This document shows positions 38,589 through 48,780 of a stretch of 64,000 bases of DNA, one piece after another. Every line of letters starts with the position of its first letter. The stretch's first letter is position 1. The stretch is from a virus (Duplodnaviria; Caudoviricetes): positions 1-64,000 of the IMG/VR virus record IMGVR_UViG_3300032245_000902; one strand, given 5' to 3'. The notes beneath the pieces were generated by a model. That model was not told the origin of the DNA. It saw nothing but the letters and a program-made list of their open reading frames with translations, and ran no database searches. Position numbers and translations under genes: made by a program.

Positions 38589-39953
38589 ATGGCAAATAAA
38601 GACCTTCTAACATATAATGCAAAAGTAACTCAAGTTGAGCAAGACTATTTTGCTCCTGTGGCCTCGGTTACTGGTACTACCACACCAGTTAGCACACTCT
38701 ATTGTTTTATGTCCCGTGTTTTACCATGGACAAATGATATTGATCCACCACAACCAACTCAAGACCAAAAATCATTAAAGCAAATTTACAAAAATATATT
38801 TGCCGTTAAAAAAATCAATTCATCAGGTATTAGTCCTGTTATCCAAAGGATTGATTGGGATTCTGGTGAAAAATATGATTATTATCAAGATGATGTTGAT
38901 ATGTTTGCACTCAATCCATCAGGCACATTGGTAAAACGATTCTACATTCGTAATCGATATGACCAAGTGTTTAAGTGTTTGTGGAATAACAATGATGCTG
39001 ACTCAACCGATGAACCATTTTTCCAACCAGGTACTTACGGCACCAATAACATTTATAAAGGTGCTGATGGTTATAAGTGGAAGTATATGTATACCATTGA
39101 TGTGGGTCGTAAAACAACATTTATGGATGCAACTTGGATGCCAGTTCCTGTGGTCAAAACAGCACCATCACCAAACGATACATCATCGGGATATGGTGAC
39201 ATTGAAGTAATCAATGTGGTGACTGGTGGTTCTGGATATGATCCAGCAAACTCTGTTGTTAATCTTATTATTACTGGTGATGGAACCGGCACCACAGGTA
39301 CTATCTCAACTTCTAATGGTATCATTACTGATATTGTTGTAACCAATCCAGGATCCGATTACACTTTTGCAAATGTGTCTGTGACTTCAGCAGCAGGTTC
39401 AAACGCAACCTTCATCGCTCCTGTCAGTCCTATTGGCGGTCATGGTTACGATTCTGTATCTGAATTGGGTTGTTCTCATGTAATGGTGACTGCTGAATTT
39501 AATGGCAGTGAAGATGGATTAATACCAACAAATATCGATTTCAGGCAAGTTGGTTTGTTGGTCAATCCTACTGCACTTAGTACCTACCCCAATCCAGCCA
39601 ACGGCAGCATTTACAAAACTTCAACTGACTTTGTAGTGGCACCTGGATTTGGTAGTTATACTTCTGATGAAGTTGTTTATCAAGGTTCTTCTGCAAATAC
39701 CGCAACATTTACTGGTACTGTATTAAGCTTTGATGCAGGATCCAATGTATTACGCTTGATAAATACATCAGGTACACAAACACTCAATGCACCAATTTTT
39801 GGTGCTTCGTCATCAACAGCAAGAACAGTATTAAGTGTTAGCACCCCAGATTTTATTACTTTCTCCGGATTCATGACATATATTGAAAACAGAGAAAGTA
39901 TTCAGAGAAGTGCAGACGGAATAGAACAATTTAAATTTGTATTAGGATACTAA
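38589..39953 (+). CDS. 8: Baseplate wedge subunit gp8
   Basis: R.DW.SG..YD.Y, VFKCL.N, DGYKWKYMY.I, FRQVGL..NP, YIENR..I.R; AATAAATA at 38575-38582. Confidence 0.9.
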   Translation: MANKDLLTYNAKVTQVEQDYFAPVASVTGTTTPVSTLYCFMSRVLPWTNDIDPPQPTQDQKSLKQIYKNIFAVKKINSSGISPVIQRIDWDSGEKYDYYQDDVDMFALNPSGTLVKRFYIRNRYDQVFKCLWNNNDADSTDEPFFQPGTYGTNNIYKGADGYKWKYMYTIDVGRKTTFMDATWMPVPVVKTAPSPNDTSSGYGDIEVINVVTGGSGYDPANSVVNLIITGDGTGTTGTISTSNGIITDIVVTNPGSDYTFANVSVTSAAGSNATFIAPVSPIGGHGYDSVSELGCSHVMVTAEFNGSEDGLIPTNIDFRQVGLLVNPTALSTYPNPANGSIYKTSTDFVVAPGFGSYTSDEVVYQGSSANTATFTGTVLSFDAGSNVLRLINTSGTQTLNAPIFGASSSTARTVLSVSTPDFITFSGFMTYIENRESIQRSADGIEQFKFVLGY

Positions 39954-39956
39954 AAA

Positions 39957-42900
39957 ATGCCGCTTAATTTTAATGTTGAACCATATTATGATGACTTTGA
40001 TCCTGCCAAAAATTATCACAGGATTCTATTCAAACCTGGTTTTGCCGTTCAAGCTCGTGAACTAACACAATCACAAACTATTCTACAAGACCAAGTTACT
40101 AAATTTGCTGACAACATTTTTAAACAGAATACACCTGTAACTGGCGGACAATTAACAACCAATTTTCAATGTAGTTATATTAAACTACAAGAAACTTATA
40201 ATAATGCAGCCATTAATGTTGATGAATTTAACAATAAAGTTATTCAAAATGCTTCTGGTTCAGTATTAGCCAAAGTTATTGCAGTTGTTGAAGCCACCGG
40301 TACAGGCGGTGCTGGTGATCCACCTACATTAATTGTTTCGTATAAATCAGGTGAACAGTTTCAAAGCAATGATGTTATCTATGACAATGGATCCAATCTG
40401 GCTGCACAAGCCATCAGCGCTAATGCTACAGGTTTAAGTTCAGCAGTTTCAATTTCACAAGGCGTGTTCTATGTTTCAGACAACTACACAAGGTCTGATG
40501 GCATTACAATTTCTACTGGTGCATTTGTTCAAGTTAATCCTCAAACAATTGTTGTTGACAAATATGACAACACACCATCAAATCGTGTTGGTTTAAATAT
40601 TACTGAAACAATTGTTGATTATGTTAATGACCCTTCTTTATTAGATCCTGCTATTGGTGCTTCTAACTATCAGGCGCCCGGTGCTGACCGATATAAAATT
40701 ACTTTAACATTAGAAAGTCGTTCACTATCATTTGGTGACGATGATAGCTTTATTGAATTACTTCGTGTTGAAAATGGACAGACTGTCAAGTTGGTTAATG
40801 AAACAGTTTACAATGTAATTGATGATTACTTTGCCAAACGTACCAATGACACTAATGGTGACTTCATTGTTAATGATTATAATTTGACACCAAAAGCCAA
40901 TACAGTTAATTCTGCAAAATATGATTTAGGTATTTCAAAAGGTATTTCTTATGTTCGTGGTTATCGTTTAGAAAATCAATCTGATGTAACTCTAACAAAC
41001 GACCGAGCAAGATTACAATCTGATGTAACCAACAATCCGACTTTTGTTGATTATGGTAATTATTTCTATGTCAATTCAGCCAATGGTGTATTTGATGTTA
41101 CAACTTCACCACAAGTTGATTTTCACACAGTTGATAAAACAGCTATTGTAACAACAAATCAATCATCATATAATTCTACTCGTGCTGCTACGGCTTATAT
41201 TCGTAATATGATATATGATAGCACATCAAATACTGCCAATGGTTCTGCATACATTTATAAGGCTTATGTTTACAATATTCAAAATCAAACATTATCAGCC
41301 AATGTTTCACAAATTGCACCAGTCAATGCAAACAATAGTTACATAAGATTGCCTAATACCAATCAATTTTCAAATGTGGCCAATGCCTATACTGGAGTAA
41401 CAGTCAGTATCGATGCAGGTACTTCTGCTGGTGATTTTAGAACAATTACAACCTACGATGCAGCTGCTAAGATTGCATATGTTGACCAACCATTTACTGT
41501 AACATTGGCCAACAACTCGGTGTTTACTCTCCGTTTTGATACAACTGATTTTGAAACAATGATTAAGAGTACCTCTGGTACACCTTATTCTATCACAGCT
41601 AACGCTGCAATCAACAATCTAAACAAAGTAAACAATGTTGCAGAAGGTGATGTTGTTTTACAAAACCCAAATGCCCCAGAATTATTGTTTACAATTGGTA
41701 ATCCTTTTGTATCCTATGCAAATAGTTCTTCATATACTACAACACAGGTGTTCCGTAATGTTTCGTTCACAACATCAGGCGGAAACATTGTTGCACAGTT
41801 AACATTTGGTTCTGCACCCACATCAACACTTCGTTTCTTAGGTAACGGCACATTATCATCTGATGCTGTGTCACAAAACTTCCAAATTATTGTTACCAAT
41901 CCTTTGTCGAGTGGTCTAAGAGTTGGTCAATTGTTACCATGGAATCAAGGTAGTAGAACTTGTGCAATCACAGGTTCAGGTGGTACAGCCACATTCACAA
42001 CACCAACATCCGATTTAGGTCCATTCACCGCAACAATCATTGCTAAAGCTTTTGTAAGTAATGGTAATGACACCAACTTTGTATTGAAAGCCAAAAATTT
42101 GGTTGAAGGTAATACAACAGGCGTAAACATTACAGGTACAACTGTTGACACATACACCAAAGTTGATTTAACAAATGGTCAAGTATATGTTGCAAATACT
42201 GGAATTGTTGCTCCTGGTCAACCACAAAAACTATACATTACAGATGCAAAACGTATAGTTAAAATCATTGATACAAAATCTCCTGGCACAGCTGCAACAA
42301 ATGCTATGTTGACCAATCCAATCTATGATGTTACATCTAGATTTACATTTGATAATGGTCAACGAGATTCATACTATGACTTTGCTAGTATCACATTAGG
42401 CGTGGGTCAACCACAAATTGATGGTAATTTATTGGTTATATTAGATTACTATTCAACCACTGGTGGTGACGGATACTATTCTGTCATGTCATATTTGTCA
42501 CCAGTATCATCTGCACCAGAGAGTTATGCTGAGATTCCATCTTACATGGCTTCTAGTGGCAATTACTACCAGTTAAGAGATTCTTTGGACTTTAGACCAT
42601 CATTAATTAATGCTCAGAGTTCATTTATAATCCGCACTTCAAGTTCTGGTTCAGGTGCAGCAGGTGCATATATTCCTGTAGACTTAACTGAATTTGAATC
42701 CAATTATGGATTCTATCTTGGTCGTTTTGACAAATTGGTATTGAGTAAAGACCGTGCTTTTGAAATTGTTCAAGGCACACCATCAACCAATCCAATTCTA
42801 CCAATTGAACCAGATGGTTCGTTGGTGATTGCAAACCTTTATCACGACCCATACACCGCATATATTCCAGGTGAAGCCACAGGTGTATTGCCAAGTTTAT

Positions 42901-45900
42901 CTATTGAGCGTGTCAAACACAAACGTTGGTTGATGCGTGATATTTCTGATTTGGAAACTCGTGTTAACAATATTGAATACTATACAGCACTCAATATGTT
43001 AGAAAAAGGTGCATCTTCTTTACAGATTCCTGATGGCAACGGATTAAATCGTTTTAAAAATGGTATTTTAGTTGATGATTTCTCTAGTTATGCTGCAGCT
43101 GATACTGCTAGTTCCGATTATTTGGCAACAATCAATCGTAGAACAAAACAGATGACTGCATCACAAGCTGTTCAGAACTTCCCATTGCAATCATTGTCAC
43201 TAGTATATAATATGGGCCAGTTGGATGCTACAAGTGCAAACAATCTTGGTTATAATATTTCTCAGAGCTCTACATCAAACTTCTTTACATTACCATACTC
43301 CACATCTAATGTGGTAACACAAAGAATTGCTTCACGCACAGTTAATTTAAACCCATTCTCTGTATCATTGAATTCTGGTGTATTAACACTCAGTCCTCCA
43401 ATGGACAATTGGGTTGATACACAAAAATCACCTGACCTGTTGATTGTAGATCCAAATTTACAAGTATATCGTGCAAGTGACCAAGTTAATGTGTTACAAG
43501 TAGGTGATTGGAAAACAACTGTTGCAACATCAACCGATAATGTGGTTGCGGCTGGTCGTAACTGGCGTGTCAATCAAGTTACCACATATACAACAGAACA
43601 ACAAAAGGTTGTGTTAGGTAACTACGACAAACTTAATTCGAGTTATGTTGAAACTGCTGGTTTCATTACTGATGTCAGTATTTTGCCATATATCCGTTCA
43701 CAATTCTTATTCTTTAACACTTATGGTCTAACAGTTAATACCAATGTTAATGCGTATTTTGACGGTGTAAGTGTTAATAAGTATGTTCGCAAACCAAATA
43801 TCATTGAATTGACCGGTGTAACTGGTTCATTTAAAGATGGTGATATTATTGGTTATTATTCTGCTGGTAATTTTAGACCTGCTGCCAAAGTTGTTTCTTA
43901 CTATGTTAATCCAGCTGCCAATACAACTGCTCGCCTCTATGTTGTTGGTGATATTGTTGGTCAAACATTTACTGCGGGTGGCGTATTACAAAATGCTCAA
44001 TTTAATGCTGCTGGTCAATATCAGTCAACTACAGCACAAGGAACCATTGCATCGTTTAGACATAACTCTGGTCAAGTCGTTAATGCCAATACATCAACAT
44101 CTATTACATTAGGTGCCACAGCATCTACAACTGATATCTATACAGGTAACACAATTTATATTATTAATGGCACGGGTGTTGGCCAATCTGCAACTATTAC
44201 TGCATACAATGGTGCAACTAAGTTGGCAAACCTAAGTTCTTCTATTACAACTGCCAATGGCGACATCTATTCAATTGGTACAATGAAAACCAATGAAGCG
44301 GGTATGATTTCAGGTATCTTTGCATTACCAGGCGGAGTATTCCATACAGGTCAAAGAACATTTAGAGTTGATAACTCAATTGGTGGTAATATTAGTTCTG
44401 CACAGACTTTTGCAGAGGCCACATTCTATGCTTCTGGTTTACAACAGACTAAACAAGGTGTAAACTATGCATCTTCAATTGACTCTGCCAAAAATACTTT
44501 CACACAAAGTAATGAAAGAACCAACATCACTTCTTATACTTACACAACAGTATGGGATCCAGTCGCACAAACATTTATTATTGATAAAGAAAACTATCCA
44601 AATGGTGTCTTTGTTGATTCAATTAAATTATTCTTTGCAACAAAAGCTGATGAGTTCTCACCAGTAACATTGTCTATTGTTGGTACACTCAACGGATATC
44701 CAAATGGTGAAACATTGGATAATTCTCAAGTTACATTGACATCAGAGAATATTAATGTATCAAGCAATCCACATTATTTGGATCCTACCACATATACTGT
44801 GTTTAAGTTCCCAGCACCAGTATATTTGGAATCTAACAAATTATATGCTGTCATTGTAAAATGTCCAACATCTAATGATTACACAATTTATACTGCACAA
44901 AATGGTGACACAGCAATTTCATCTTCTGTTAAGAATTTGCCAAGTGACCCAACACCAACAACAATAACAAAGATTAACTCTGCACCATATGTTGGTTCAT
45001 TATTCTTATCACAGAATTCACAAACATGGACTGCGGATCAAAACGAATCAATGATGTTTACAATGGATCGTTGTGTGTTCTCTGTTGGTACTCAACCTAC
45101 ATTACAGTTTGTAGTGCCAAATCGTTTACCATATCGTAAATTAACAGAACAAGATATTTCATACTATCTAAGTCCAAACACGATTAATACATCCATCTCC
45201 TCGGCAGCCAATACTAATGTGGTCGTTGATGCATTTAATATTTCAACATCTGACTTTGTGCCGGGTAGCACATCACTCAGTTACACATATGGTGCCACAT
45301 TAAATTCAACTAAGACAGCTGCACCAACACAGTCAGTTACTCCTGGTAAATATGGTACACCAATGTATGATGACATCTATCTAAATGATGGATTAGGTGA
45401 GCGTGTATTGGCAGCTAACTCCAATACATCATTCTCATTGTATGCTAACATGACCACAGTAGATGATGCTGTGTCACCAATGATTTCAGATGATGGATTA
45501 GGTGTATATACTATCACATGGAACATTAATAACTTAGAGTTATCTAATAGTATGATTACTGTGGCCAATGGTGGTTCTGGTTACAATGTTAATACAACTT
45601 CTGTAACCATCACATCCAATACAGGTACTGGTGCAACTGCAACTGCCAATGTGGTTGGTGGAGTAATTAAAAACATTTATATTACAAATGGTGGTTCTGG
45701 TTATGCAACAACACCAATAATTAGAGTTGCAGATGCCAACTCCTCACCAGGAATTGGTGCAACAGTTACAGTAGCAGGCGAAACATCACCAGCTGGTGGT
45801 AACGGCCAAACACGATACATTACTAAGAAAGTTATTTTGGATCAAGGATTTGATTCAGGTGATTTACGAGTATACTTTACTGCTTATCGTCCAGTCAATA

Positions 45901-46220
45901 CAAACATCTATGTTTACTATAAGATTCTTTCTAGAAGTGATACACAGACATTTGATTCTGGTAGCTGGCAGTTAATGTCGTTAATTAATAACACCAGTTC
46001 ATTGTATTCACCAACACGAGATAGCACTTATGAATTTGTAGCTGCACCTGGTGCTGATGGTGTTGCACAGAACTATGTTGAATATACTAGTGGTGTAACA
46101 GGTCAAACATACAACAATTTTAGTCAGTTTGCAATCAAGATTGTATTGGCAACATCTGATAAAACAGCAGTACCATTCTTATCAGATATTCGTGCAATCG
46201 CTTTACCATCGGCGGTGTAA
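39957..46220 (+). CDS. Large virion structural protein (DUF4815 / VrlC-like)
   Basis: FNV.PYYDDFD..KN..RILFKPG.AVQARELTQ.Q, APGADR, RFKNG..VD.F, DP.AQTF, SLF.SQN..TW; 2087 aa. Confidence 0.85.
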   Translation: MPLNFNVEPYYDDFDPAKNYHRILFKPGFAVQARELTQSQTILQDQVTKFADNIFKQNTPVTGGQLTTNFQCSYIKLQETYNNAAINVDEFNNKVIQNASGSVLAKVIAVVEATGTGGAGDPPTLIVSYKSGEQFQSNDVIYDNGSNLAAQAISANATGLSSAVSISQGVFYVSDNYTRSDGITISTGAFVQVNPQTIVVDKYDNTPSNRVGLNITETIVDYVNDPSLLDPAIGASNYQAPGADRYKITLTLESRSLSFGDDDSFIELLRVENGQTVKLVNETVYNVIDDYFAKRTNDTNGDFIVNDYNLTPKANTVNSAKYDLGISKGISYVRGYRLENQSDVTLTNDRARLQSDVTNNPTFVDYGNYFYVNSANGVFDVTTSPQVDFHTVDKTAIVTTNQSSYNSTRAATAYIRNMIYDSTSNTANGSAYIYKAYVYNIQNQTLSANVSQIAPVNANNSYIRLPNTNQFSNVANAYTGVTVSIDAGTSAGDFRTITTYDAAAKIAYVDQPFTVTLANNSVFTLRFDTTDFETMIKSTSGTPYSITANAAINNLNKVNNVAEGDVVLQNPNAPELLFTIGNPFVSYANSSSYTTTQVFRNVSFTTSGGNIVAQLTFGSAPTSTLRFLGNGTLSSDAVSQNFQIIVTNPLSSGLRVGQLLPWNQGSRTCAITGSGGTATFTTPTSDLGPFTATIIAKAFVSNGNDTNFVLKAKNLVEGNTTGVNITGTTVDTYTKVDLTNGQVYVANTGIVAPGQPQKLYITDAKRIVKIIDTKSPGTAATNAMLTNPIYDVTSRFTFDNGQRDSYYDFASITLGVGQPQIDGNLLVILDYYSTTGGDGYYSVMSYLSPVSSAPESYAEIPSYMASSGNYYQLRDSLDFRPSLINAQSSFIIRTSSSGSGAAGAYIPVDLTEFESNYGFYLGRFDKLVLSKDRAFEIVQGTPSTNPILPIEPDGSLVIANLYHDPYTAYIPGEATGVLPSLSIERVKHKRWLMRDISDLETRVNNIEYYTALNMLEKGASSLQIPDGNGLNRFKNGILVDDFSSYAAADTASSDYLATINRRTKQMTASQAVQNFPLQSLSLVYNMGQLDATSANNLGYNISQSSTSNFFTLPYSTSNVVTQRIASRTVNLNPFSVSLNSGVLTLSPPMDNWVDTQKSPDLLIVDPNLQVYRASDQVNVLQVGDWKTTVATSTDNVVAAGRNWRVNQVTTYTTEQQKVVLGNYDKLNSSYVETAGFITDVSILPYIRSQFLFFNTYGLTVNTNVNAYFDGVSVNKYVRKPNIIELTGVTGSFKDGDIIGYYSAGNFRPAAKVVSYYVNPAANTTARLYVVGDIVGQTFTAGGVLQNAQFNAAGQYQSTTAQGTIASFRHNSGQVVNANTSTSITLGATASTTDIYTGNTIYIINGTGVGQSATITAYNGATKLANLSSSITTANGDIYSIGTMKTNEAGMISGIFALPGGVFHTGQRTFRVDNSIGGNISSAQTFAEATFYASGLQQTKQGVNYASSIDSAKNTFTQSNERTNITSYTYTTVWDPVAQTFIIDKENYPNGVFVDSIKLFFATKADEFSPVTLSIVGTLNGYPNGETLDNSQVTLTSENINVSSNPHYLDPTTYTVFKFPAPVYLESNKLYAVIVKCPTSNDYTIYTAQNGDTAISSSVKNLPSDPTPTTITKINSAPYVGSLFLSQNSQTWTADQNESMMFTMDRCVFSVGTQPTLQFVVPNRLPYRKLTEQDISYYLSPNTINTSISSAANTNVVVDAFNISTSDFVPGSTSLSYTYGATLNSTKTAAPTQSVTPGKYGTPMYDDIYLNDGLGERVLAANSNTSFSLYANMTTVDDAVSPMISDDGLGVYTITWNINNLELSNSMITVANGGSGYNVNTTSVTITSNTGTGATATANVVGGVIKNIYITNGGSGYATTPIIRVADANSSPGIGATVTVAGETSPAGGNGQTRYITKKVILDQGFDSGDLRVYFTAYRPVNTNIYVYYKILSRSDTQTFDSGSWQLMSLINNTSSLYSPTRDSTYEFVAAPGADGVAQNYVEYTSGVTGQTYNNFSQFAIKIVLATSDKTAVPFLSDIRAIALPSAV

Positions 46221-46221
46221 T

Positions 46222-46443
46222 ATGGCAATTGTAAAAATACCTGGCACAACTTATATAAGGGATACAAATACTATGGCTCTTATTAACACCGATGTTGCTG
46301 GATTAGAAGATTATAGAATGAAATCGACTCTGATTAATAACCAAAAATCAGAAATAAATAAAGTAAAAAATGAAATCAATGAAATACGAGGTGATGTAAA
46401 AGTCATCAAAGAATTATTGATGCAATTATCTGGAAAACAATAA
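46222..46443 (+). CDS. Small coiled-coil protein following the DUF4815-like gene
   Basis: ATG at 46222; RD..T.A.IN motif and C-terminal heptads. Confidence 0.8.
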   Translation: MAIVKIPGTTYIRDTNTMALINTDVAGLEDYRMKSTLINNQKSEINKVKNEINEIRGDVKVIKELLMQLSGKQ

Positions 46444-47909
46444 TGGCTAATACAGTTTCTTATTTAAGTTTTGCCAATACATTTGGTGATTGGGTCGTTG
46501 TAACGAATTCTCTGGCACGAGAGAGTAACGACTTTGCGGCTAATAATTATATTAAGCCAACAGGTACACTCTTTTTAAATTCACCTTCATTAGGCTTACA
46601 AGTAGCAAATAATGCCATTGTTGCTGGTCAATTACAGGTACAAGGTACTGGTTCTGGTGCTTATGTCCAAAACAACTTGCGAGTTGATGGCCAAGTTACT
46701 TTTCAAAATACTACATTAGGATTAACCAATACTGGTGATATGGTAGTAGGTGGCAGTCTATCTGTTGGTGGAAACTTTATTATTACAGGTAGCACCATCA
46801 ATAGTTCTAATAGTTTTACATTAAATGCAAATAATATTGTTGGTAGTAATACAACATTCAATGTGTATCGTGGTTCATCTGGTGCCAATGCTTCTATTTT
46901 ATGGAATGAAAATGTTGACCAATGGCAGATATTGAATAATAATGATTCAATATACTATAAGATTTTAACGACCAATGATGTGACATCTTCATTGTTATCT
47001 ACAAGTTCCAATACAGCGGCCTCAGCAGCAGCGGCCAATACATTGAATAGTTCGATTACAGCACAAAATATTGCATTGCAAAACACCATTATTACTGCAA
47101 ATACTTCTATGAAGTCGTATGTAGATAATGCTAATACATCTATGAAATCCTATGTGGATTCCAATTTTGGTTTAATTGCTGGTATTAATGTAACACAAAA
47201 CGCATCAATCATTATTGCACAAGGTGTAGATAATACTCAAAATACACAGATTTCTGGTATTCAAGGTGTGGATTTGGCACAGAATTCAGCCATTAGTATT
47301 ATTCAGGGAGTTGATCTTACACAAAACACCAACATTACTTCTGTTAATAACTTTGCTGGTAGTGCTTATACGACTGCCAATGGTGCAAATGGTCTGGCTG
47401 CTGGTGCTTTTGCAGCTGCCAACACTAAAGTCGCTTCGATTACTGGTACATCCAATCAGGTTACTGTAACTGGCACCACCACACCAACACTATCATTACC
47501 ACAAAATATTAATACTGGTGCTTCAGTTCAATTTGGTTCTTTTGGTGTAGGAACAGCAGCTTCAGGTACCACAGGAGAAATTCGTGCTACAGGAGATATA
47601 TTTGGTTATTATTCAGACGATAGATTAAAAACAAAACTAGGCAATATTGAAAATGCTTTAGATAAGTTAATGACTCTAAATGGTTTCTACTACCAACCAA
47701 ATGAAACTGCACAAGCTTTAGGTTATAAAGTAAGAGATGAGGTTGGTTTATCAGCTCAAGAAGTGCAAAAAGTTTTACCTGAAGTAGTGGCGCCAGCTCC
47801 AATTGATGAACAGTATTTAACGATTAAATATGAAAAAGTTATTCCTCTTTTGGTTGAAGCCATCAAAGAACTTAAATTAGAGATTAATGAACTAAAAAAA
47901 TCTAAGTAA
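46443..47909 (+). CDS. Fibre protein with peptidase S74 chaperone
   Basis: NTF..W...TN start, QGVDxxQN repeats, YYSDDRLK...[11 protein letters not shown]...LLVEAIKEL. Confidence 0.85.
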   Translation: MANTVSYLSFANTFGDWVVVTNSLARESNDFAANNYIKPTGTLFLNSPSLGLQVANNAIVAGQLQVQGTGSGAYVQNNLRVDGQVTFQNTTLGLTNTGDMVVGGSLSVGGNFIITGSTINSSNSFTLNANNIVGSNTTFNVYRGSSGANASILWNENVDQWQILNNNDSIYYKILTTNDVTSSLLSTSSNTAASAAAANTLNSSITAQNIALQNTIITANTSMKSYVDNANTSMKSYVDSNFGLIAGINVTQNASIIIAQGVDNTQNTQISGIQGVDLAQNSAISIIQGVDLTQNTNITSVNNFAGSAYTTANGANGLAAGAFAAANTKVASITGTSNQVTVTGTTTPTLSLPQNINTGASVQFGSFGVGTAASGTTGEIRATGDIFGYYSDDRLKTKLGNIENALDKLMTLNGFYYQPNETAQALGYKVRDEVGLSAQEVQKVLPEVVAPAPIDEQYLTIKYEKVIPLLVEAIKELKLEINELKKSK

Positions 47910-47956
47910 ACTTTTGGCAACTAAATACCTAAGAAACATTATATACAGGATATAAG

Positions 47957-48298
47957 ATGGCAGCAGCATATCAGGAACTATTTCTAGAACAAGGTACAAC
48001 ATTTACGACCAATATTACATTAGATGATATTGATGGAATCCCTTTTGATTTGACTGGTGTTATCGCCAAAAGTCAAATCCGTAAGTCATATTATTCAGCC
48101 AATACAACTGCTCAATTTACTACCACCATTAACTCTCCTAATACAGGAGTTATTCTATTGTCTTTATCAGCACCAGTCACAGCCAATATTGCGGCTGGCC
48201 GATATGTATATGATGTGGCAATTAAAGACACCGCTAATACCGTAACTAGGGTATTAGAAGGAGTCGTGAATGTTATTCCTCAAGTCACTAAGTTTTAA
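47957..48298 (+). CDS. Small Ig-like virion adaptor protein (BppU-N-like)
   Basis: L..EQG.TF, DLTG....SQ.RKSY, G...LSL....T..I..GRY.YDV, R..EG...V.P.VT; ACTAAATA at 47920-47927. Confidence 0.75.
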   Translation: MAAAYQELFLEQGTTFTTNITLDDIDGIPFDLTGVIAKSQIRKSYYSANTTAQFTTTINSPNTGVILLSLSAPVTANIAAGRYVYDVAIKDTANTVTRVLEGVVNVIPQVTKF

Positions 48299-48307
48299 GG
48301 AACTTTC

Positions 48308-48532
48308 ATGCCAGGACAAGTAATCGGAACAGTTAATGTTCAAGTAAACAAACAACAAAACCAAACTGTTCGTCAGTTAAACTATGGTATACGGTCACTC
48401 AAAGGATCTACCGACCTGTCTTTAACTGATGTGCAAGATGGTGATGTTATAACTTATCAAGCTAATACTAATAGTTTTAAGACTCAATCGATTGGAGAAT
48501 TGAATCCAGATTTAGATGCGGGATTCTTTTAA
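48308..48532 (+). CDS. Small fibre-associated protein ending LDAGFF
   Basis: AAGGA SD; DG.VI.Y motif; terminal DAGFF. Confidence 0.75.
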   Translation: MPGQVIGTVNVQVNKQQNQTVRQLNYGIRSLKGSTDLSLTDVQDGDVITYQANTNSFKTQSIGELNPDLDAGFF

Positions 48533-48729
48533 TGGCCAATACAGTCATTCAAATCCTTCGTTCTTATGCAAATACAAGACCAACATCTTTAGATGACGGT
48601 GAATTAGCATATTCGTTTGCTTCCAATACACTTTTTATTGGTACATCGAATAACCAGATTGTACAAATAGGTGGACCAAATTTTATCGCCAATGTTAGTC
48701 CTAATCTGATTGACGGCGGTGGATTTTAA
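48532..48729 (+). CDS. Minimal fibre adaptor: GELAY N-domain plus terminal DGGGF
   Basis: MANTVIQILRS...L..GELAYS....LFIG; ends IDGGGF; TAATG coupling. Confidence 0.75.
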   Translation: MANTVIQILRSYANTRPTSLDDGELAYSFASNTLFIGTSNNQIVQIGGPNFIANVSPNLIDGGGF

Positions 48730-48780
48730 TAAATAGATCAAAGTGGTAAAACATTAAACATAATAAAAGAGAGAAAATAA